A stretch of 64,000 bases of DNA, taken from an uncultured delta proteobacterium (GTDB lineage: Bacteria > Desulfobacterota > RBG-13-43-22). The stretch covers positions 64,001 to 128,000 of the forward strand of contig CAVUPH010000006.1 of assembly GCA_963743305.1 (NCBI GenBank). Direction: 5' to 3'. Position 1 is the first letter of the stretch, and each line of letters starts with the position of its first letter. The position numbers were made by a program, and so were the translations under genes. A model generated the notes under the pieces. It saw nothing but the letters and a program-made list of their open reading frames with translations, was not told the origin of the DNA and made no database searches. This document shows positions 46,888 to 55,814 of this stretch, one piece after another.

Positions 46888-48900
46888 TCAGGGCAGTGCA
46901 GTAATTCCCAGATCGGTAAGATAGTCAAAAGTTGAATCGTAAATCTCGGGTGACCGCGTCGGATCATCCGAGTCACCTGGCGGGACAAAAATCACCATTC
47001 CTTGCCTCGCTCGAGTGAGTAGGACTCGGTATGAGTTCCTGAGGTAACGCTGGTTGTCTGAATTTACGATATTGCACCACCGGTCGCCTCGGAAGTCGTG
47101 GAAGCTCCATCCTGAGTCGGTGAAACGCAGATCCCCATCCCACGTCACACACGCCCAGTCAAGCTCCAAACCCTGCACCTGAAACTCCGTAGCGGCGTCT
47201 TCGAGATAATAGCTCGAACGCGTGTCTCCCTTACCATTAAGAAACCAATGAACTGGATCGACGTTTACGCGGATATCTATCGCATGAGGTTTAAGTCGCT
47301 GGGCTTTCGATGAGGCCACCAATCCAAATCGCTCTGTTCCTCTAGCACGATTGCGAATCCACTGCTTTGCTAGTTTCAAGTTGCGGGTAACGGCGACCGG
47401 ATACCGGTCGGCAAACCCGTCAAAAGCCTCTCGTGCATGGTATTTGTCACAATCAAGGAGTGCTTTGACAAAGGCTGAAACGTTCTCAGCCCGGAACGAT
47501 CTCATGGAGACGGCCAGATGCAGGCAATCGTCGAAGGTAGTATTCTGTCGTTCGCGCACGGCTTCCAGAGCCTTACCTGCAGCATATTCACTGTCGATGA
47601 GACGCGATGAAATGTACATGTGCCAGTGCGGAAATCTCGATTCCACAGCATCAAGCCAAGCATCAATTCCGGCTTCTCCCGTATTGATCTCCTGCCCGCC
47701 ACCGACTAGGCAAACAATCACAGCCCAATCCCTATGGCGATCCATGTATGAAATCAAAAACTCAGGCTCTGATTGAGAGAACCCGAAACGATTCTTTTTC
47801 CGACGCATGAAACTCGCAGTCTGCCGCAAGTTCCACGCACGTTGCGCCTCGTCAAAAATGACGACATGATCAATTGGCGGGCCGGGATGGATTAACGCTT
47901 CATCCCGGAAATGGTGAATATTCTGGATGAATGCTTTGACACTTTCGGCAACTTTCCCCTTCCGCATGTTCTCGCCTTCATTTTTTCTACGGGTGACCTC
48001 GTCACGCGTAAGGGCTTCGCGGAGCACGGCGACGAGCGGACCGTTTCCGGAAAGAAAGACGGCATGCGTTGGTTGATCTTTTTCTCGTCGCCGAGTGGCG
48101 AGGTTCAACCCAACGAGTGTCTTGCCCGCTCCGGGCACTCCTGTGACAAAGCAGATAAGTTTAGACCCTTTTCCCTTTGCTTCATCGACCATTTCTTCAA
48201 TCCGCCGTGAAGTAATTCGGAGATTCTGTGCTCCGGCATCGTGACGTGCAATGGCCTCGACCGAATGCTGAGAATAAAGAGCCCGTGCGGCTTCCACGAT
48301 GGTGGGGGTAGGATGATATGGAGCGCGCGACCATCGTTGCTCATCAAGCACCTCGCCTATTACGGTTCGTAGAACCAAGTCGATCGCTTCGCGTACCCCG
48401 GTGGGGTGCAAATGAATTGGACGATAAACCTGGTCTTCGTCGACGATTAGTTTTAACGGTTCCGATGCCGTGGCTCCAGTGGCGATCAGAACTGGAACGA
48501 TCGAAACAGAATGACTGGCTTCGTGGAAATTTTTCAGGTCCAAAGCATAATCCCAAACTTGTTCCACTGCTGAGCGCTCAAAAATGCTTTCGCCGACTTT
48601 GAACTCGATCACAAACACCACAGAGCCGATCAATAGCACCGCATCAACCCTTCGACCCATACGAGGGATGTTGAACTCCATAAACAACGAACCAGTTAAA
48701 CCAACAAGGCAGTCTTGCAGCACGCGAATCTGTTCCAGCCAAGCATCCTTCTGTGTTGGAATGAGCGCGAAGTCAGTGTTTCTTGCAAGCCGTCCGATAA
48801 CTTTATCGGGATCAGTTAGCAGGAATTCAGCAATGAAGTCCCAATACCAGGCTCGGGAAGATGGCCCTGAGGCGCAAGCTGTTGCAGGCAGTGTTTCCAT
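46888..48900 (-). CDS. DUF2075 (Schlafen group 3-like) nuclease-helicase
   Basis: N-terminal RVDAV...VIEFK nuclease-like motif, GVPGAGKT, IFDEAQR, QVQGLELD, YRVLLTRAR; lower GC than the flanks. Confidence 0.85.
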   Translation of the reverse strand: METLPATACASGPSSRAWYWDFIAEFLLTDPDKVIGRLARNTDFALIPTQKDAWLEQIRVLQDCLVGLTGSLFMEFNIPRMGRRVDAVLLIGSVVFVIEFKVGESIFERSAVEQVWDYALDLKNFHEASHSVSIVPVLIATGATASEPLKLIVDEDQVYRPIHLHPTGVREAIDLVLRTVIGEVLDEQRWSRAPYHPTPTIVEAARALYSQHSVEAIARHDAGAQNLRITSRRIEEMVDEAKGKGSKLICFVTGVPGAGKTLVGLNLATRRREKDQPTHAVFLSGNGPLVAVLREALTRDEVTRRKNEGENMRKGKVAESVKAFIQNIHHFRDEALIHPGPPIDHVVIFDEAQRAWNLRQTASFMRRKKNRFGFSQSEPEFLISYMDRHRDWAVIVCLVGGGQEINTGEAGIDAWLDAVESRFPHWHMYISSRLIDSEYAAGKALEAVRERQNTTFDDCLHLAVSMRSFRAENVSAFVKALLDCDKYHAREAFDGFADRYPVAVTRNLKLAKQWIRNRARGTERFGLVASSKAQRLKPHAIDIRVNVDPVHWFLNGKGDTRSSYYLEDAATEFQVQGLELDWACVTWDGDLRFTDSGWSFHDFRGDRWCNIVNSDNQRYLRNSYRVLLTRARQGMVIFVPPGDSDDPTRSPEIYDSTFDYLTDLGITALP

Positions 48901-49308
48901 TAAGGGAGTAATTCCAGTTAGCTTCGTCCACTTGAAGGATAGGTTGTTGCACTCGCCACAAAAAAAATCCTGCGTCTTAATTAGGAGGCAGGGCCTTTTA
49001 GGTTCAATCATCCTCCCTAAGCTTAGGTTAGGTGGAAAAATAAATGGAAAATTAAATGGATAGCCCGGAAATAACACAATTCTCCAGGGCTGTCAATCGT
49101 TGAAACCAACAGGCATTGGCTAAATTCTACAAATTGGGCATTTCCTCAGCATACAAGAGGTTTCATTGGCAGCCTTACCCTTTCAGTCTAGTAATATAGA
49201 AGTTTTCCGGTGACACCGGGGTGCCATGGGCCGGTTGGAATCCAAAAACCTTCTCCGGATTTCCGAGTCCCTCTTCCCCAGTATTTTTCCTGTTTGGTGG
49301 CGGTTGTT

Positions 49309-49440
49309 TTACTCCCTGTTCCTCCGTCGGTTCGAAAAACTCCCCATCCGGGAGGACCGTTGGCCTTCCTCCTCATTCTTGGGCCGGCCAAACACCGACA
49401 GGTGGACCACCTGGCCGTCCAGGGCCAGGGCAAACGATAA
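49309..49440 (-). pseudogene. Orphan C-terminal gene remnant (possibly ARPP-1/DUF6569-like)
   Basis: Manual translation FALALDGQVVHLSVF...SRMGSFSNRRRNRE* with no upstream gene; family recalled from memory only. Confidence 0.3.
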
Positions 49441-49668
49441 AAATTTTTTGGGAAAAAATTTTATGAGAGGATGGAATGCTCCCAGCCTATGGTGCTGATC
49501 AAAAGCAGGTTGTTTTCAGGGATAGATCCCTCTCTGCCCTCCTTCGGTCCTGACGGTTAGCTCCGCCTAATATAACAAAGTGGCGGACCTGCCGGACTCA
49601 GAAAATTTTCTAGGTTTCGCCAAAATGTGTTGACTGTCCGGCTCCCTGGAGCTGTATGGGGAGCCCTT

Positions 49669-49833
49669 AGGATCTGTAAACAAATAACCTTGACAAAGCG
49701 ACCCTACACCGTTCGCCCTGAGCTGCGAGCCTGTCGAGCAGTCGAAGGGTGAACGATACGGCCATGCTTCGACAGGCTCAGCATGAACGGAGCTATTCGC
49801 GGCATTGTACAGCTTATTTCTTGACGGGTTCTT
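49669..49833. repeat. REP/MITE-like palindromic element
   Basis: CCGTTC-GCCCTGAGC...GTCGAAG / CTTCGACAGGCTCAGC-GAACGG core with imperfect outer inverted repeats. Confidence 0.6.
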
Positions 49834-49861
49834 AAAGCCCGGATGGATTCAAAGAGGGTGT

Positions 49862-50716
49862 TTAGGCAGATTCGGGGAGACTGGAAATGAACTGTTGCAG
49901 AGCCTCCTGCCAGAAAAGCGGCCGAAAGCCGACGGCTGCGATCAACTGAGAGGTGTCCAATACGGAAAAGGCCGGCCGGATCGCCGGCCGTTTAAATTCC
50001 CGGGCGCTGATGGGCCGGATTTCCAGGTTTGACCCGACCATCCTTAGAATCTCCCGGGCGAACTCATACCAGCTTACTCCCCCATCGGTCCGGTCCGTCA
50101 GATGATAGGTCCCGTATCTCTCGGATTCGGTTAAAACCAGGATCCCTCGGGCGAGGTTCACGGACCAGGTGGGGGACATGATCTGATCCGTCACCACGGA
50201 AATCGGATTTCCCTCCCGGGCCTTCTGCAAGATGGTGCGCACGAAATTGGGACCGTTCTTCCCGTATAAGGAACTGGTGCGGACAATAAAGTATTTTTTT
50301 AGCAACCCGGTCACCAGGCCTTCCCCCTCCCATTTGGTTTGCCCGTAGGCATTGAGGGGTCGCGGGGGATCTTCGGGCCGGTAGGGGACGCCGGATTGTC
50401 CATCGAAAACATAATCCGTGCTGATATGCAGCAAAGGGATATCCAGTTCTTGGCAGGCCAAGGCCAGGTGTCCAACCCCCAGGGCATTGACCCGGCGGGC
50501 CTCTTCCGAATGGGTTTCCGCTCCATCCACGTTGGTATATCCGGCACAGTTGATGACCAGATCAGGAAGGTGACGAGGGATGGTCTTAAAAACGGATTCC
50601 CGGTCGGTGATATCCAGATCCGGGAGAGAACAGGGGACCACTTCATGGCGGGTCCGAAGGATGGGGATCAGGTCAGCGGAGAGTAAACCGGGTACGCCGG
50701 TCACCAGGATCCTCAT
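49862..50716 (-). CDS. rfbD: dTDP-4-dehydrorhamnose reductase
   Basis: INCAGYTNVDGAE, HISTDYVFDG, YGQTK, DQIMSPT. Confidence 0.93.
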   Translation of the reverse strand: MRILVTGVPGLLSADLIPILRTRHEVVPCSLPDLDITDRESVFKTIPRHLPDLVINCAGYTNVDGAETHSEEARRVNALGVGHLALACQELDIPLLHISTDYVFDGQSGVPYRPEDPPRPLNAYGQTKWEGEGLVTGLLKKYFIVRTSSLYGKNGPNFVRTILQKAREGNPISVVTDQIMSPTWSVNLARGILVLTESERYGTYHLTDRTDGGVSWYEFAREILRMVGSNLEIRPISAREFKRPAIRPAFSVLDTSQLIAAVGFRPLFWQEALQQFISSLPESA

Positions 50717-51750
50717 TACTTACTCCAAAACCCTTTGCTTTCCTGGGCCAGCTTCTTCTTGAGCGGCTGCCACCATTCGGGGTGTTCCTGATACCATTGA
50801 ACGGTTTGCGCCAGCCCTGCTGAAAATTCCATCGTGGGGCGCCAGCCGATCTCCCGCCGGATCTTCTCGTTGCTCAAGGCGTAGCGCAGGTCATGCCCCG
50901 GTCGATCGGTCACATAGCGCAGCCATTCCTCTCCCCGGCCCAGGGTCTTCAAGACTTCCCGGGCCACTTCCATGTTCTTTCGCTCCGACTCTCCGCCCAC
51001 GTTGTAGGCCTCGCCGATCCGGCCGGCCGAAAGAATCCGATCGATGGCCCGGCAGGCGTCTTCCACGAACAGCCAATCCCGCACATTCTCGCCCCGGCCA
51101 TAAACCGGCACCGGTTGCCCCTCCAGAAGATTGGTGACCATCAAGGGAATGAATTTTTCCGGAAACTGGTAAGGGCCGTAATTATTGGATGGTCGAACGA
51201 TCAAGACCGGAAAGTGGAAGGTTTCAAAGTAGGCCCGGGCTAAGAGATCTCCGGAGGCCTTACTGGCCGAGTAGGGTGAGTTGGGCCGGAAAGGCGTTTC
51301 CTCGGTAAATATACCCTCGGCGCCCAGGGCACCGTAAACCTCATCGGTGGAGACGTGCAGGAAACGGAAACCGTCTGCCTTATCCAGTTTTTCCTCCCAA
51401 TAGCGTTTAAAAACCTCCAGCAGGGTATGGGTCCCCAGGACGTTGGTTTGAATGAATTCTTTCGATCCCCGGATGGATCGGTCCACGTGCGATTCGGCGG
51501 CGAAATGGACAACCGTTTGGACCGGGACCCGCTGTAACAGTTGGTTCAGCAGGGCTTCGTCCAGGATATCCCCTTCCACGAATTGGTACCAGGGTTCGGA
51601 GGCTAAGTCCCGAAGGTTCTCCGGATTGGCGGAATAGGTCAACTTATCCAGATTGACCAGCCGGTCCTCCGGGTGCGCCTGGTGGTACAGACGAATAAAA
51701 TTGGACCCGATAAACCCCAGGCCGCCGGTTACCAGTATGGTTTTGTTCAT
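50716..51750 (-). CDS. rfbB: dTDP-glucose 4,6-dehydratase
   Basis: GGLGFIGSNF, AAESHVDRSI, STDEVYG, PYSASKA, DRPGHD. Confidence 0.95.
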   Translation of the reverse strand: MNKTILVTGGLGFIGSNFIRLYHQAHPEDRLVNLDKLTYSANPENLRDLASEPWYQFVEGDILDEALLNQLLQRVPVQTVVHFAAESHVDRSIRGSKEFIQTNVLGTHTLLEVFKRYWEEKLDKADGFRFLHVSTDEVYGALGAEGIFTEETPFRPNSPYSASKASGDLLARAYFETFHFPVLIVRPSNNYGPYQFPEKFIPLMVTNLLEGQPVPVYGRGENVRDWLFVEDACRAIDRILSAGRIGEAYNVGGESERKNMEVAREVLKTLGRGEEWLRYVTDRPGHDLRYALSNEKIRREIGWRPTMEFSAGLAQTVQWYQEHPEWWQPLKKKLAQESKGFWSK

Positions 51751-51767
51751 AGCAAGCCTTTCCTCTC

Positions 51768-51806
51768 CTGGATTCCGGATCTCGTTTCACTCGTCCGGAA
51801 TGACGG
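51768..51806. repeat. REP-like half element
   Basis: CTGGATTCCGGA...TCCGGAATGACG, related to the right arm of the 14094-14178 element. Confidence 0.5.
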
Positions 51807-51853
51807 CTATTGCCTTTATCGCTCCGCGCTCTGCGCCAGGCGCCCTGCGTTCT

Positions 51854-52921
51854 TTAGACTTCCACCACCGCATTGTCTCCCACCATCAGCCTCAGGGCCT
51901 GGGACCGGTTTTTACCCTGGGTAATCCGGCTTTCCCGGCCTATGAGGCTGTCCTCCAGTCGGGGGATATTCTCGATGTGGCAGTCATTCAAAACAACCGA
52001 ATGCTCCACTACGGAATGGATGATCCGGGTGCGGTGACCGATGGTGGTGTAGGGCCCGATAAAGGAATCGCTGATCTCCGCCCCTTCGCCGATCACCGCC
52101 GGACCGCGGATAATGCTGTTCACTACCCGGGCCTTGGTTCCCAGACGGACCCGACCGGTCACCTGGCTTTGAGCATCACATTCGCCGCAGAGGTCCCGTT
52201 TCACGTAATCATCCAGGACCGTGGTGTTGGCCGCCAGAAAATCATCCTTTTTGCCGGTGTCCAGCCACCAGCCCTCCAGTTTGTGCCCCTTGACCAGGCC
52301 TTTCATATTCATCAATTCCTGGATGGCATCGGTGATTTCCAACTCCCCGCGGGCCGAGGGCTTAATCCGGGCGATGGCCTCGTGGATCCGGGGCGAAAAA
52401 AAATAAATCCCCACCAGGGCCAGATTGGAAGGCGGTTTCTTCGGTTTCTCGATCAGGCGGGTGATACGCCCTTTTTTATCCAGAACCGCCACTCCGAAGG
52501 CGCTGGGATTGTCCACTTCCTTCAAGAAGAGGAAGGCGTCCAACTTTTCTTCCAGAAACCGCTCCCGGTAGCCTTTGATTCCCTCGGCCAAGAGATTATC
52601 CCCCAGGTACATGACAAAAGGGGATTGGCCCAGGAACGGCTGCCCGGTTTTGACCGCATGGGCCAGACCCAGGGGCTGATCCTGGAGGATGTAGGTAATG
52701 CGCAGTTCCCAGCGACGGCCGTCCCCCAAAAATCGACGGACATCCTCCTGGGTTTCCGGAGCTACGATCACCCCCACTTCCTTGATGCCGGCATCCATCA
52801 AGTGCTGAAAAACATACCCCAGGATCGGTTCGTTGGCCACCGGAACCAGTTGCTTGGCCAGGGTATGGGTGATGGGACGCAAACGGGTCCCTTTGCCGCC
52901 GGAGAGCACTAAGGCCTTCAT
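51854..52921 (-). CDS. rfbA: Glucose-1-phosphate thymidylyltransferase (long form)
   Basis: LSGGKGTRLRP...KQLVP, MYLGDN, PSARGELEITD, WWLDTG, C-terminal hexapeptide repeats. Confidence 0.92.
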   Translation of the reverse strand: MKALVLSGGKGTRLRPITHTLAKQLVPVANEPILGYVFQHLMDAGIKEVGVIVAPETQEDVRRFLGDGRRWELRITYILQDQPLGLAHAVKTGQPFLGQSPFVMYLGDNLLAEGIKGYRERFLEEKLDAFLFLKEVDNPSAFGVAVLDKKGRITRLIEKPKKPPSNLALVGIYFFSPRIHEAIARIKPSARGELEITDAIQELMNMKGLVKGHKLEGWWLDTGKKDDFLAANTTVLDDYVKRDLCGECDAQSQVTGRVRLGTKARVVNSIIRGPAVIGEGAEISDSFIGPYTTIGHRTRIIHSVVEHSVVLNDCHIENIPRLEDSLIGRESRITQGKNRSQALRLMVGDNAVVEV

Positions 52922-53131
52922 AGGCCTCCTTTCTGACCAGAAATAATAAAAGGCTGAATGCCCATCTAACCCAAGTTGCGGCTAAAAGTCAAGAGTCGGC
53001 AGGAATACGCTTCTTTTTAGTCCTTGTTAATTTAAAGTAAATGGTTTAATAAATACGAGTCGGTCAGGGGAGAGGTTCCGGTTCCCGCCCCGGATGGGGG
53101 ATAACGCTTCTTTTTAGAGAAAGGTGCGCTG

Positions 53132-53560
53132 ATGTTCAAAGATGCCGTTAAACTGGTTCATTGCCTGGTGACTAAAGCCGATCCCGGTCCCTCCGGGCCG
53201 GAAGTCCGGTTTATCCCCCAAGCGGAGTATGATCTCTGGAAATATATGGTCGCCAGCCAGTACCATTTTACCGTGTCCGACGAAAAAATTTACCTCTATA
53301 TTTCCCGCCGGGAATACGAGGCCCATGAGGCCTTGTGCTCGCGCTTGCCCCAGGTGGAAATCAATAAGATCACTTTGTATTTTTTTCTCAAAGCGGATCA
53401 GGTACTGGTACCGGTGATCCGCTATTTTCCCAAAGAACGATACCCCGCGATTAAGCCGTTATTTTTGAATCACTTTAGGGACTTTGAAGATCGAAACCAC
53501 GCCACCAAGGTCCTGAAAGAAATCGTCGAAGAAGAAGGTCTGGGTCTGCGAAATCTTTAA
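53132..53560 (+). CDS. Hypothetical protein
   Basis: 142-aa ORF with plausible composition and its own upstream region; no motif recognised. Confidence 0.6.
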   Translation: MFKDAVKLVHCLVTKADPGPSGPEVRFIPQAEYDLWKYMVASQYHFTVSDEKIYLYISRREYEAHEALCSRLPQVEINKITLYFFLKADQVLVPVIRYFPKERYPAIKPLFLNHFRDFEDRNHATKVLKEIVEEEGLGLRNL

Positions 53561-54948
53561 ACCGCCTCCCCGCCGCAATAGGGACACACCCGCCAGTTTT
53601 TCCGTAACCGTTTTCCGCACCCCCGGCACCGCTGAACCAGGGGCCGGGCGCATTGCGGGCAATAAAGATAATAATGCTCCAGCGGGTATAAACAATGGGG
53701 ACAGCAGCGCGCCCCCAGATCATAAGGGACCACCCGCAGCAACTCTTCCAGGGAGATCAAGCCCTTTCGGGCCTTTTGCAGGGCCGTGGCCAGCAAAGGT
53801 TCCACCTCTTCCTGAGCGGTCAGATAACGGAGATCGTTTTCCGAAGTCCGGGAGAGCAAGGCTTCCCTGATGGCCGGGGTGACGGTCAACAGTTCAAACA
53901 CCCCCTCCCGGCCGGTGACGCCCTGCCCTTGGCATTCCTGACACCCCTGACCGCGGTAAAAGGTCTGATCCGCCGAACCGGACAAGTGAAACCGTTCCAG
54001 AAATTCCGGATCCGGTCGGTAAGGGGTCAAGCACTGAGGACAGTTCCTCCGGACCAGGCGCTGCGCTAAGATTCCCAACAGTGAAGAAGAAATCAGGTAC
54101 GGGGGCAGGCCCAAATCGGTTAATCGGGTAATGGTGGATACGGTGTCATTGGTATGGAGGGTACTCAAAACCAGGTGCCCGGTCATGGCCGCCCGAAAGG
54201 CAATCTGGGCGGTCTCTTCATCCCGGATTTCCCCGACCATAATGACGTCGGGGTCCTGGCGTAAAACCGACCGGAGCACCGAGGCAAAGGTCAGTCCAAT
54301 TTTTTCATTCACCTGAATCTGATTAATCCCCTCCAGGAGGTACTCCACCGGATCTTCGATCGTGACAATATTTATTCTGGGACGGTGGAGGGAACGCAGC
54401 AGGGAGTACAGGGTGGTGGATTTCCCGCTCCCGGTCGGACCGACCACCAGTAGCATACCCTGGGACCGTTCCACCATGGCCTTTACCCGTTGAAGCGACC
54501 GGGAAGGGATCCCCAGATGGTCGGGCCCCGGGAACCCCCGGGAATCGCCCAGAAGCCGAACGACCACCTTCTCCCCCCAAAGGGTCGGCAGGCAGGAGAC
54601 CCGCAGGTCCAGCGTTTTTCCTTGAACCACCCGGTGAAAGCTGCCATCCTGGGGATTGCGTTTCTCGCTGATGTTGAGGTTGCAGGTGATTTTAAATCGC
54701 GAAACCAGGGGTTCCTGAAGGGACTTGGGGAGCACCGGACCGGACACCAGCAGGCCATCCACCCGAAATCGAACCTGAACCGCTTGAGGTAATGGTTCCA
54801 GGTGGACGTCGCTGGCTCCCCGATCGACGGCCTCCGCCAATAGTTCATTCTGCAGACGCACCGCCGGGGCTGTTTCCTCCGAAAAAAGGGCTTTTTCATT
54901 CCGGAATTCCCTCGGGCTTAGAATCGCTTCCCTTCTGGCCGTTTGCAT
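53557..54948 (-). CDS. GspE/PilB-family ATPase with C-terminal double zinc ribbon
   Basis: ASDVHLEP, GPTGSGKST, TIEDPVEY, LRQDPD, GHLVLSTLHTN; C-terminal CPHC/CPQC/CRGC/CPYC. Confidence 0.9.
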   Translation of the reverse strand: MQTARREAILSPREFRNEKALFSEETAPAVRLQNELLAEAVDRGASDVHLEPLPQAVQVRFRVDGLLVSGPVLPKSLQEPLVSRFKITCNLNISEKRNPQDGSFHRVVQGKTLDLRVSCLPTLWGEKVVVRLLGDSRGFPGPDHLGIPSRSLQRVKAMVERSQGMLLVVGPTGSGKSTTLYSLLRSLHRPRINIVTIEDPVEYLLEGINQIQVNEKIGLTFASVLRSVLRQDPDVIMVGEIRDEETAQIAFRAAMTGHLVLSTLHTNDTVSTITRLTDLGLPPYLISSSLLGILAQRLVRRNCPQCLTPYRPDPEFLERFHLSGSADQTFYRGQGCQECQGQGVTGREGVFELLTVTPAIREALLSRTSENDLRYLTAQEEVEPLLATALQKARKGLISLEELLRVVPYDLGARCCPHCLYPLEHYYLYCPQCARPLVQRCRGCGKRLRKNWRVCPYCGGEAV

Positions 54949-55076
54949 GGGCTGCCTCCCTCTAAAAGAGTATCTTTTGCACAGACAAAGCTACCATCAT
55001 ATTATATTCTGGACATCCACCCCAAAGACTGAACAACCTCAAATAACTGCAATGGTTATGCCAGGGAAGTGGTGCT

Positions 55077-55814
55077 TCAGGCGGGAAGGAGAGAAAAACA
55101 TTCCAGCAGCCAGCGGACCATTTGCCTTCGTCTATCTAGAAATCGAGGATCTCTGAAGCCGTGCCGCCAGGTAGCGCCGGAGAGCTCATCGGAAACCATC
55201 AGCAGGGCCGCGGTTTTAATTCCGCGAAAGGCCCCCACCGTATAAAAAGCCGAAGTCTCCATGTCGACCCCCCAGAGGCCTCTGGACTGACAGGCCCGGA
55301 TCTTGGCCCAGGTTTCCCGATAGGGAGCATCGGTCGTCCAGACCGGGCCCACGCGGTAAGACAGGCCCGAGTGGTCCAGCGCCCTTCCCAGGTCCGCCGA
55401 AAATTGGGGATGGGCTCGGGGATGGGGTTCGGGGGTGTAATGCCGGGAAGTGCCCTCATCGCTTTCGGCCCAGTCCGGGAGGAGGAGATCTCCCGGCAAC
55501 AAATCCGATTTCAGACTGCCGGTCCAGCCGAAGAGCAGCACGCTCCGGGCCCCGAGGGCAATCAATTTCTCCAGCACCATGACCGCCTGCGGAGATCCCA
55601 GAACCGGTCCGGCCAAGGCCAGGGTCCGGGACGGGTGCGGCAAATGATAGAGTCGCAGCCAGGAATTTTTGAAACGGAGTTCCCCCGGAGGCCGGATCGT
55701 CTGGCTCAGCATTTTCAAGTCCCCGGGAACCGCCACCAGTATGGCCAATGGGCCGATGGCCGGTTCCCGACCGGATTTCTTGGGATTAATAGCGCAGTCG
55801 GAGGGTAAAGCCAT
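55077..55814 (-). CDS. Nucleoside phosphorylase (PNP/UDP family)
   Basis: LEKLIALG, DEGTSRHY, VWTTDAPYRET, VDMETSA, VSD; ATG overlaps the recN stop. Confidence 0.85.
   Translation of the reverse strand: MALPSDCAINPKKSGREPAIGPLAILVAVPGDLKMLSQTIRPPGELRFKNSWLRLYHLPHPSRTLALAGPVLGSPQAVMVLEKLIALGARSVLLFGWTGSLKSDLLPGDLLLPDWAESDEGTSRHYTPEPHPRAHPQFSADLGRALDHSGLSYRVGPVWTTDAPYRETWAKIRACQSRGLWGVDMETSAFYTVGAFRGIKTAALLMVSDELSGATWRHGFRDPRFLDRRRQMVRWLLECFSLLPA

Noticed and set aside
49862-52921. rmlC missing from the rmlA-B-D cluster
   Set aside because: The epimerase is often encoded elsewhere; this cannot be judged from one window.
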